Part shown: positions 9,346-16,712 of the stretch, one piece after another
Position numbering within the stretch: position 1 is the stretch's first letter
How the letters are laid out: every line of letters starts with the position of its first letter
Assembly (NCBI GenBank): GCA_050946805.1
Contig: JBMNVM010000001.1
Coordinates: forward strand, 1 to 27,062
From: Acutalibacteraceae bacterium
GTDB lineage: Bacteria; Bacillota; Clostridia; Oscillospirales; Acutalibacteraceae
Direction: 5' to 3'
Length of the DNA stretch: 27,062 nt
Position numbers and translations under genes: made by a program
The notes under the pieces: model-generated
What the model was told of the DNA's origin: nothing
Seen by the model: only the letters and a program-made list of their open reading frames with translations
Database searches by the model: none

Positions 9346-10473
9346 TTGGATTTTTTGCACAGAACCTGGGCGGAGATTGATATTAGCGCCCTTATTCACA
9401 ATTTTAAAATCATAAAGGCCGCGGCCGACGGCGCTAAAATAATGGCGGTGGTAAAGGCCAACGCCTATGGCCACAGCGTTGCCGATATTGCCCCCGCGCT
9501 TCAAAGCGAGGGAGCGGATTTTTTTGCCGTTTCAAACATTGAGGAGGCCATGCAGTTAAGGGAAATTGGCATTGTAAAGCCGATTTTAATTCTCGGCTAC
9601 ACCCCTCCCGAAATGGCGCGGGAGCTGGCTTTAAACGACATTTCACAGTGTGTCTATTCTTCCGAATACGCGGCACTTTTATCAAACTTTGCTAAAAAGA
9701 ATAACGTAACAGTTAAAATACATATTAAGCTTGACACCGGAATGTCAAGACTCGGCTTTAACTGCCGAAGCGATGATTTGCCCGAAATTGAAAAGGCGGC
9801 ATATGCCGCGGAGCTTCCCTTTCTTTCGCTTGAGGGCGTTTTCACCCATTTTGCCGTTGCCGACCGAACCGCGAAAAACGAGGACGGTTTTACGGAAAAA
9901 CAGTTTTCACGCTTTTTAGCGGCGTTAAGGTTTTTAAAGGAACGCGGGATAGAGCCTCCAATCAGGCATTGCTGCAACTCTGCCGCGCTGCTAATAGATC
10001 ACGATAAGCACCTTGACCTGTGCCGCCCGGGGATTATTCTTTACGGGCTTAAACCCTCTTATGAGCTTGATTTAAAAGAGGATTTAATTCCCGTAATGAC
10101 ACTAAAATCGGTTGTGTCAATGGTTAAGGAAATCGGCCCTTCGGACACCGTAAGCTACGGCAGAACCTTTAAGTGTGAAAGAAAAATGAGGATTGCGACC
10201 GTTGCCGCCGGATATGCCGACGGGTACCCCCGCCTGCTTTCAAACAAGGGGTATGTCCTGATAAGGGGCAAAAAGGCTCCAATTGTAGGCAACGTCTGCA
10301 TGGATCAGATTACGGTTGACGTAAGCGGCATAGAAGGCGTATCCATGGGGGATGAGGTAATACTGTTCGGCAAGGAGTTGTCGGTTGATATTCTGGCCAA
10401 TCTATGCGGCACCATCAATTATGAAATTGTCTGCGGCATATCCCCCAGAGTGCCGAGAATAATAAAAAAATAA
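9346..10473 (+). CDS. alr: alanine racemase
   Basis: AVVKANAYGH (PLP lysine), HIKLDTGMSRLG, RPGIILYG, GYADGYPR, GNVCMDQ, GTINYEIVC. Confidence 0.96.
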   Translation: MDFLHRTWAEIDISALIHNFKIIKAAADGAKIMAVVKANAYGHSVADIAPALQSEGADFFAVSNIEEAMQLREIGIVKPILILGYTPPEMARELALNDISQCVYSSEYAALLSNFAKKNNVTVKIHIKLDTGMSRLGFNCRSDDLPEIEKAAYAAELPFLSLEGVFTHFAVADRTAKNEDGFTEKQFSRFLAALRFLKERGIEPPIRHCCNSAALLIDHDKHLDLCRPGIILYGLKPSYELDLKEDLIPVMTLKSVVSMVKEIGPSDTVSYGRTFKCERKMRIATVAAGYADGYPRLLSNKGYVLIRGKKAPIVGNVCMDQITVDVSGIEGVSMGDEVILFGKELSVDILANLCGTINYEIVCGISPRVPRIIKK

Positions 10474-10499
10474 CCGCCCTTTGCGTTAAACGCAGCTTT

Positions 10500-10530
10500 T
10501 CCGGCAAAGCATACTTTTGCCGGATTTTTC
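10500..10530 (+). terminator. probable intrinsic terminator after alr
   Basis: TCCGGCAAA ... TTTGCCGGA stem followed by TTTTTC. Confidence 0.55.
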
Positions 10531-10557
10531 ATATTTTAAGGTTTGAGGAGTGTAAAA

Positions 10558-11316
10558 ATGAAGATTGCCGTTGTTACCGGCGCTTCGTCGGGGCTTGGGG
10601 AGCAGTTTGCGCTTAATATTGATAAAACAAGAAAAGATTTAGATGAAATATGGCTTATAGCAAGGCGTGAGGATAGGCTTCGAGACCTTTCCTTGCGGCT
10701 TTCAAAGCCCGCAAGAATATTCCCAATGGATATTACCGATACGCAAATGCTAAAAAGCTACACTGCCGCGCTTGAGGAATTTGGTGTGCAGGTGGAACTT
10801 CTTATTAACAACGCCGGATTTGGAAAACTTAAGCCTTTTGACGAGTTGACGGCAGAGAAAAACTGCGGTATGGTAAGGCTTAACTGTGAAGCGCTTGTAA
10901 ATACGACTTCCAAAACCCTTCCTTTCATGGGAGCAGGCGGGGAGATAATCAATGTTTGCTCGATTGCTTCCTTTGCGCCCACCGCCCGCATGGCGGTTTA
11001 CAGTTCAACAAAGGCCTTTGTTTTAAGCTTTTCAAGGGCATTAAGAGAGGAACTGAAAGTCCGCAAAATCAACGTCTTGGCCGCCTGCCCGGGGCCTATG
11101 GATACGGAGTTTCTGCCGATTGCAGGGATAGCGAAAGGTACCAGCCGCGCCTTTGACACCCTGCCGAAGGTAAGCCCTGAAGTGATGGCGCAAAAGGCGC
11201 TTAAAGCCTCCCGCAAGGGAAGGGCGGTTTACACCAATCGCGTAATTTATAAGCTTTACCGCCTTGTCGCAAAGCTTTTGCCCCACAGTCTGGTTATGAA
11301 GATGGCAAAGACTTAA
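10558..11316 (+). CDS. short-chain dehydrogenase/reductase (SDR)
   Basis: VTGASSGLG, LINNAGFG, YSSTK (YxxxK). ATG 10558 follows a GAGGAG RBS. Confidence 0.92.
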   Translation: MKIAVVTGASSGLGEQFALNIDKTRKDLDEIWLIARREDRLRDLSLRLSKPARIFPMDITDTQMLKSYTAALEEFGVQVELLINNAGFGKLKPFDELTAEKNCGMVRLNCEALVNTTSKTLPFMGAGGEIINVCSIASFAPTARMAVYSSTKAFVLSFSRALREELKVRKINVLAACPGPMDTEFLPIAGIAKGTSRAFDTLPKVSPEVMAQKALKASRKGRAVYTNRVIYKLYRLVAKLLPHSLVMKMAKT

Positions 11317-11353
11317 ATTTTTGTTCGGTTTATGGCGAATCGGCAAAAAATTG

Positions 11354-11382
11354 ATGACATTATTTACCTTTGGTAGTATAAT
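11354..11382 (+). promoter_or_regulatory. sigma-A promoter for the YfhO-like gene
   Basis: ATGACA (11354-11359), 17 bp spacer, TATAAT (11377-11382). Confidence 0.55.
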
Positions 11383-11534
11383 AAGATTATTCCTGTTTTG
11401 CTTGCGTACTTTGCGAAAAAGGCACAAGCTTTTTCAAAACGGCGGCGTCTTGGCGAGTACACTTTATTTGCCGCTGTATTTTCTATAAATTCGCCGTACA
11501 GAGCGAAGATTATCCTTAATAAGGAGTGTTTTAA

Positions 11535-14135
11535 GTGCGAATCAAAAGCCGATATCTGGCTTTTTTGTTTACCGGATTAATCCTCCTTTTCGGCTTTTAT
11601 ATAGGCGGATTGTTCCCGTTTGGAAAAGGTACAATTTCATGGTGCGATATGAACCAGCACGGAATACCCCTGCTTTGCGATTTTAAAGACATACTTGCGG
11701 GCAAGGCGGGTATGTTCCTCAATATGAAAAATGCCTTCGGTATGAATTTTTACGGGGTGTTTTTCTTTTTTCTGTCCTCTCCTTTTTCTTTTGCGGCGGC
11801 ATTTGTGCCTAAGGCCGACATACCTTTTTTGATGAACATTTTAGTCGTGGTAAAGCTTTGCCTTGCGGCCTTTACCGCAGCCCTTTTCTTTGAAAAATAC
11901 GCTTCGAAAATCGGCGTCGGGCTTCAGGCCTTTCTCGGAACCGCTTACGGGCTGTGCGGATACGGTATGCTCTTTTATCAGAACATAATGTGGCTTGACA
12001 TTATGTATCTTTTTCCGGTGCTTATGATAGGCGCCGTTAAGCTTATAAAAGAAGGAAAACCCGCAACCTTTGTGCTGACACTCAGTCTTTGCGTGGTTAT
12101 GAACTATTATATAAGCTTTATGGTCTTTATTTTTGTTATTGTCTTTTTCGGGCTGTACGCGCTTTGGTACAAGACTGCCGACCATACGGTCTTTGTAAAT
12201 CTCGGGATTTGCGGGGTACTCTCCCTTGTGCTTTCGGCGATTGTATGGATACCCTGCTTTCTTCAGTACACCGACTCGGCAAGAACGGCCTCGGTTTTGT
12301 CACAGCTGGCATCAAGCAGCTTTTTTGCCGAAATGCACACCACTTTGTCGATACTGCTTTGCACCGGAATTGTGTTTGCGGTATTGGCGCTGATAATACC
12401 AAGGCTTTCGGTGGCGGACGGCGATACCCGCTTTTTAATGCTTCTGCTGGTCGCGGTAGGTATGCCGCTGGTTATTGAGCCGGTAAACCTTATGTGGCAT
12501 ACCGGCAGCTATATGGCCTTTCCGGCACGTTACGGATTTGTTACCGTTTTTGCAGCGCTTATGCTTGTGGCAAAAGAGCTGTCGGATATTCAGTACTCCG
12601 AAAAATCGGATTATATGATAGTTACCATTCTTTTCTTAATAATTTCTGCTCTTTCGGTGTTTATGATAGGGTTTACAAACAAGAATTCCGAAGTGCTTTC
12701 AACCTATATTAAAACCCTTTGGGGCAATGAGGAATTTTTAAGTAATCTTGCTATTATAACGATTTTTGCCGCCTTGGCCTCGCTGGCGGTTCTTATCTAC
12801 GCCAAGAAAAGGTATTTAAGCCGCGCGGTTGTTACGGTTTTTCTCTGCATAATTTTGGCGGCTCAGGGGCTTTGCTCGGTTCATATTTACATGACCTCGG
12901 CCAAAGGGTCGTTTCATATGTATAATTACCGCACCTTCCTGGATTTAGCCGATATTTTAAATGATGATAAATTTTACCGTGTCAACACCGAGGCAAGGCT
13001 GGCCGACGTAAATATGACCGGTGCTGCCGGCTTTAACAGCATTTCGCATTATACCTCGCTGAATAATCGCTATACCATGGAGGCCGCAAAACAAATGGGT
13101 TACAGCGGCTATTGGATGGAGACGGCCAACTGGGGCGGAAGCCTGTTAAGCGATGCACTTTTAAGCATCGGCTGCACGGTCTACTTGGAAGACGGTAATC
13201 TTTTCATCAATAAAAATCCGCGTTATTTCGGTCTTGGCATTAAAGCGGCAGAGGATGTCCCCAAAGAGCTTTCGGATGTTGACAGATTGATGTCGCTGGA
13301 CTACGCCTTCGGGCGGATAACCGGCAGCGTTTCGTGTGTCAAGCAGTATGCTCCCTCATTTTTTGAGTACTGCGATTATACCGCCGGCAAGGACGGATAT
13401 GAGATTGTAAGCACTATCGAGCAAAATAGCAGTCAGGACAGCGCGATATATTATAATATTTTCGTAAACGGCAAGCAGACCTTGTATTTTGACTGCTATA
13501 ACGGCTTTTCCAACCGCCTTGTCGAGACGATTAACGGCAGTTTTGCCATAAGAGTCAACGGTGAGCTTATATCCTCCTATTATCCGGCGCAGAAAAACAA
13601 CGGGCTTTTGAATCTCGGCAGCTTTGAGGATACGACTGTTACGGTTAAGGTTACGGTACTTAAAGATGTCGAATGTTCCTCATTCGGGCTTTTCGGAGTT
13701 GAGGAGGATGTCTTTGAGGAGGCTTTTAACAAGACCGAAAGCCTTGACCTTAAAACATTAAAAAATACTATTTACGGCCATGTGGAAACGGCCGGCAAGT
13801 ATTTTATAAGTATTCCGTATTCAAAGGATTATAAAATTACCTTAAACGGGCAAAAAATCAACTATACAAGAGCATTGACCGGATTTATTCTTGTTGATGT
13901 TCCGGAAGACGGAGAGCTTAAAATCACAAGAATACCGCAAGGCTTTGTGGCGGGAGCGGTGCTTTCGGTTATCGGTATAGTAATTTTGATTATTTATTTA
14001 AGAAATTCAAACCGAATAGAAAATTTAAGCCGGAACTTTAAAAAGGCGGTTTACGGTATCTTTTTGGGCGTTTTTGCTACCGTTATTTTCGTGGTTTACA
14101 TCTTCTCGATTTTCGTAAACCTTGTGGCCGGATAG
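11535..14135 (+). CDS. YfhO family polytopic membrane protein (GT-C glycosyltransferase-like)
   Basis: 866 aa with many hydrophobic helices; CDMNQ early-loop motif, GYGMLFYQNIMWLD, WHTGSYMAFPARYGF, SIPYSKDYKITLNG near the C-terminus. Family recognised by eye. Confidence 0.8.
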   Translation: MRIKSRYLAFLFTGLILLFGFYIGGLFPFGKGTISWCDMNQHGIPLLCDFKDILAGKAGMFLNMKNAFGMNFYGVFFFFLSSPFSFAAAFVPKADIPFLMNILVVVKLCLAAFTAALFFEKYASKIGVGLQAFLGTAYGLCGYGMLFYQNIMWLDIMYLFPVLMIGAVKLIKEGKPATFVLTLSLCVVMNYYISFMVFIFVIVFFGLYALWYKTADHTVFVNLGICGVLSLVLSAIVWIPCFLQYTDSARTASVLSQLASSSFFAEMHTTLSILLCTGIVFAVLALIIPRLSVADGDTRFLMLLLVAVGMPLVIEPVNLMWHTGSYMAFPARYGFVTVFAALMLVAKELSDIQYSEKSDYMIVTILFLIISALSVFMIGFTNKNSEVLSTYIKTLWGNEEFLSNLAIITIFAALASLAVLIYAKKRYLSRAVVTVFLCIILAAQGLCSVHIYMTSAKGSFHMYNYRTFLDLADILNDDKFYRVNTEARLADVNMTGAAGFNSISHYTSLNNRYTMEAAKQMGYSGYWMETANWGGSLLSDALLSIGCTVYLEDGNLFINKNPRYFGLGIKAAEDVPKELSDVDRLMSLDYAFGRITGSVSCVKQYAPSFFEYCDYTAGKDGYEIVSTIEQNSSQDSAIYYNIFVNGKQTLYFDCYNGFSNRLVETINGSFAIRVNGELISSYYPAQKNNGLLNLGSFEDTTVTVKVTVLKDVECSSFGLFGVEEDVFEEAFNKTESLDLKTLKNTIYGHVETAGKYFISIPYSKDYKITLNGQKINYTRALTGFILVDVPEDGELKITRIPQGFVAGAVLSVIGIVILIIYLRNSNRIENLSRNFKKAVYGIFLGVFATVIFVVYIFSIFVNLVAG

Positions 14136-14193
14136 CGGGAAACAAGTATAGCCATTGGTAAGCGATTTGGAATAATTAAGTGTTATTAAAACC

Positions 14194-14227
14194 AAAACCT
14201 CGATACACCTTTTCGTATCGAGGTTTT
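14194..14227. terminator. bidirectional terminator between convergent genes
   Basis: AAAACCTCGATAC-8 nt loop-GTATCGAGGTTTT; perfect 13-bp stem. Confidence 0.8.
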
Positions 14228-14237
14228 AAAAGTAGTT

Positions 14238-14585
14238 TCAATTTAATTTTCCTTTGGCGGTATTGATTGAGGAGATGAGCAATTTGCGAATGGTTCCGCA
14301 TTGTTTGTAAAGATTCTGCACATTTTCATTGTTAACAATGTCGGCTTCAACAAACAATTTTAGCCAGTATTCTGTTTCGTAACACTCTTTTAAAGCTATT
14401 TGAAATTTTGAAATGAAATCCGCTTTACTCTGGGCGTAATTCGCTTCATGTATGTTAGCGCCTATCGATGTTGCGGAACGCTCCAGTTGGTTTACAATGG
14501 AATAATGCCCCTTGATGGTGTCACATAGTTCTATAGTATTGACCGCAAGCGACATAGACAAATCAATCAGCTTGTTTTCTTTCAT
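14238..14585 (-). CDS. four-helix-bundle protein (23S rRNA IVS protein / Avd-like superfamily)
   Basis: NQLERSATSIGANIHEA, SKADFISKFQIALKECYETEYWL. ATG 14585 follows an AGAGGTGA RBS. Confidence 0.88.
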   Translation of the reverse strand: MKENKLIDLSMSLAVNTIELCDTIKGHYSIVNQLERSATSIGANIHEANYAQSKADFISKFQIALKECYETEYWLKLFVEADIVNNENVQNLYKQCGTIRKLLISSINTAKGKLN

Positions 14586-14648
14586 GCAGATCACCTCTGC
14601 GATTATTTATCATCTTTTATTGGATATTTCTACGGTGGTATGGGCGGT

Positions 14649-14784
14649 ACGAAATAAAATTCGTTTCCACATTTGCGAAGCAAATTTCATACGCCTTGGC
14701 GTATTTCATAGCTTTTGCTATTTCATTCGTTCTAAAGGAACGAATTTCATTGAAAAAAGCAAGTCTTGCGACTTGCTTTTTTCA
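14649..14784. repeat. tandem array of six hairpins with repeated ATTTCAT junctions
   Basis: ATTTCAT at 14684, 14703, 14720 and 14744, each separated by a self-complementary spacer; flanked by further hairpins at 14649-14664 and 14751-14784. Confidence 0.85.
14751..14784 (-). terminator. tRNA-Gly terminator-like hairpin
   Basis: TGAAAAAAGCAAGTC-TTGC-GACTTGCTTTTTTCA; perfect 15-bp stem abutting the tRNA CCA end. Confidence 0.75.
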
Positions 14785-14859
14785 TGGAGCGGGTGATGGG
14801 AATCGAACCCACACGACCAGCTTGGAAGGCTGGGATTCTAGCCATTGAACTACACCCGC
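14785..14859 (-). tRNA. tRNA-Gly (anticodon UCC)
   Basis: GCGGGTG acceptor stem; CCAGC-CTTCCAA-GCTGG anticodon arm; GGTTCGATTCC T arm; encoded CCA; 75 nt. Confidence 0.97.
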
Positions 14860-14878
14860 AGTTATTTGAACGAACATT

Positions 14879-14907
14879 ATAATATCATAAACCTCTTAAT
14901 TAGTCAA
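14879..14907 (-). promoter_or_regulatory. sigma-A promoter of tRNA-Gly
   Basis: Minus strand TTGACT (14907-14902), 17 bp spacer, TG-extended TATTAT (14884-14879). Confidence 0.65.
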
Positions 14908-14979
14908 GTTTTTTTGCTGAAATTTTTTAAAAATTTCGCTGTATTTTTAACTTATAAAACGGCAAAAAATTAAAAATGC

Positions 14980-15008
14980 TTGACAAAAACAGGTGATAAT
15001 GCTATACT
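14980..15008 (+). promoter_or_regulatory. sigma-A promoter of the T-box operon
   Basis: TTGACA (14980-14985), 17 bp spacer, TG-extended TATACT (15003-15008). Confidence 0.85.
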
Positions 15009-15024
15009 TTCTAAAAAAATAAAT

Positions 15025-15281
15025 GCGTTGAAGGAAAGCGGGTTTACATCACGACTTTAAGAGAGCCGGCGGCTGGTGCGAGCCGGTAGGGCGGTGTGGA
15101 CTTTATCTCGTTCCGGAGCAGAGCGGCCGAAACTAAAGTAAGCCGCTACGGAATGCCCCGTTATCATGGCAAAAGGCTTGTTAGAGCCTTGCAAAGAGAC
15201 CGTTTTTTAACGGTAATCAGGGTGGTACCGCGAAGTAATTTCGTCCCTGAGACTGCTTTTAGCAGTCTCGGGGCTTTTTTT
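15025..15281 (+). promoter_or_regulatory. T-box riboswitch, probable Leu (CUC) specifier
   Basis: Stem I with AG box AGAGAGCC and GGTGCGA apical loop; specifier loop TTTAT-CTC-G closed by TTCC/GGAA; stem II with GAAA/AGTA; CCGTTA motif; T-box AATCAGGGTGGTACCGCG (15215-15232); antiterminator CAGGG/CCCTG; terminator 15245-15281 with T run. Confidence 0.93.
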
Positions 15282-15326
15282 ATACACAAGCCTTCAATGA
15301 CCGAATTGACGAAAGAGAGTGTTTTT

Positions 15327-16712
15327 ATGAAAATCCAAATTTCCGACAAAACCCTTTGCAGACAGGAAAATTCCTTTAGCTTTAAAGAAAAAATCGAGAT
15401 AGCAAGACAGCTTGAAAAGCTTTGTGTTGACACAATAGAGCTGCCTTCCATACAAAATGTCAAAGCCGATACGCTACTTATTAAAACAATCGCTTCCTTT
15501 GTGAAAAACAGCGTTATTTCGGTCTGCGCCGGCGAAAGTAAGGAAAGCCTTGAAAACGCCTTGACTGCCCTTGCTACCACCGCTCATCCGAGAATCAGGG
15601 TGGAGCTGCCGGTTTCCCCTTTCGGGATGGAGTATATGTTGCATATGAAAGCGCCGCAAATACTCGAAACTGCGGCCGAACTTATAGCGCTTGCAAAAGA
15701 AAAATGCCAAGAGGTTGAGTTTTGCGCCTTTGATGCTGCCCGCGCGGAGGAGGACTTCTTAAAAGAGGCAATCACCGCGGCCGTAAATGCCGGAGCGACG
15801 ATTATCACGGTTTGTGACAGCGCCGCCGAGATGATGCCCGACTCTTTCGGAGAATTTGTTGCCAAAATTAAGGTTCTTGTGCCGGAGAATGTGACGGTCG
15901 GCGTTTGTGCCTGCAACAAAAACGGTTTGGCGGCGGCGAATGCCATAATTGCAATAAAAAACGGTGCGCGGATTATTAAAACCAACGTAGGCGGCGAGGA
16001 AATCGACCTTAAAACGGTTGCCGAAATCTTGCGCAACTGCGGCAGGGCAATCGGTTTTGATTCGGGGGTTAAGTATACCGAAATGCACCGCATTATAAAG
16101 CAGATTAACTGGATTATTTTAAACGCCAAGAACGAAAAATCGGCTGTTACGGTTGTCGAACCCGACCGCAGCGGTATTCACCTTGATTCAAATGACGACA
16201 AGGATGCGGTTGCTGCCGCTGTTTTAAAGCTGGGGTATGACCTAAGTGACGAGGACATCACAAAGGTTTATGAGGAGGTCATGCGTGTAGCGGCGAGCAA
16301 AATGGTAAACGCCAAGGAACTTGATGCCATTGTCGCAAGCGTTGCCTTGCAGGTTCCGCCCACCTATAAGCTTGTAAGCTATGTTATCAACAGCGGCAAC
16401 ATTATTACTGCCTCCGCCCAAATAACCCTTGAAAGGGACGGAGAAAAGCTTCAGGGCATTTGCATAGGCGACGGTCCGGTAGACGCGGCCTTCCTTGCCA
16501 TTGAGCAGATTATCGGCCGCCATTATGAGCTGGACAATTTCCAAATCCAGTCGGTAACCGAGGGTAAAGAGGCTATGGGCTCGGCGGTTGTCAAGCTGCG
16601 CTCGGGCGGAAAGCTCTACTCCGGAACCGGTATTTCGACCGACATTTTGGGCGCAAGTATACGCGCTTTTTTGAGCGCCGTAAACAAAATCGTTTATGAG
16701 GAGGCATTATAA
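15327..16712 (+). CDS. degenerate 2-isopropylmalate synthase homologue with intact C-terminal regulatory domain (probable pseudoenzyme)
   Basis: 461 aa from ATG 15327. Collinear with LeuA (KIEIARQLEKL, PRI..SP..MEY, EF..FDAAR, AGATII, GDGPVDAA, STDILGASIRAFLSAVNK), but DTTLRDGEQ reads DKTLCRQEN, HxH reads CAC, and GERAGN is absent. Confidence 0.85.
   Translation: MKIQISDKTLCRQENSFSFKEKIEIARQLEKLCVDTIELPSIQNVKADTLLIKTIASFVKNSVISVCAGESKESLENALTALATTAHPRIRVELPVSPFGMEYMLHMKAPQILETAAELIALAKEKCQEVEFCAFDAARAEEDFLKEAITAAVNAGATIITVCDSAAEMMPDSFGEFVAKIKVLVPENVTVGVCACNKNGLAAANAIIAIKNGARIIKTNVGGEEIDLKTVAEILRNCGRAIGFDSGVKYTEMHRIIKQINWIILNAKNEKSAVTVVEPDRSGIHLDSNDDKDAVAAAVLKLGYDLSDEDITKVYEEVMRVAASKMVNAKELDAIVASVALQVPPTYKLVSYVINSGNIITASAQITLERDGEKLQGICIGDGPVDAAFLAIEQIIGRHYELDNFQIQSVTEGKEAMGSAVVKLRSGGKLYSGTGISTDILGASIRAFLSAVNKIVYEEAL

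Noticed and set aside
14238-14585. Diversity-generating retroelement suggested by the Avd-like fold
   Set aside because: No reverse transcriptase and no template/variable repeat pair are in the window.
14684-14750. ATTTCAT repeats as a mini CRISPR array
   Set aside because: The repeat is 7 nt, the spacers are 10-17 nt and self-complementary, and no cas genes or leader are present.
14136-14859. Prophage or integrative island at tRNA-Gly
   Set aside because: No integrase and no duplicated tRNA 3' end (att site) were found by eye; flanking genes look chromosomal.
14785-15232. Adjacent tRNA-Gly as the ligand of the T-box
   Set aside because: There is no Gly codon at the specifier position, and the TGGT bulge needs discriminator A whereas this tRNA has U.
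15096-15326. 77-codon N-terminal extension of the LeuA-like ORF in the track
   Set aside because: It runs through the T-box riboswitch and terminator; LeuA similarity starts at ATG 15327, behind a purine-rich RBS-like stretch.
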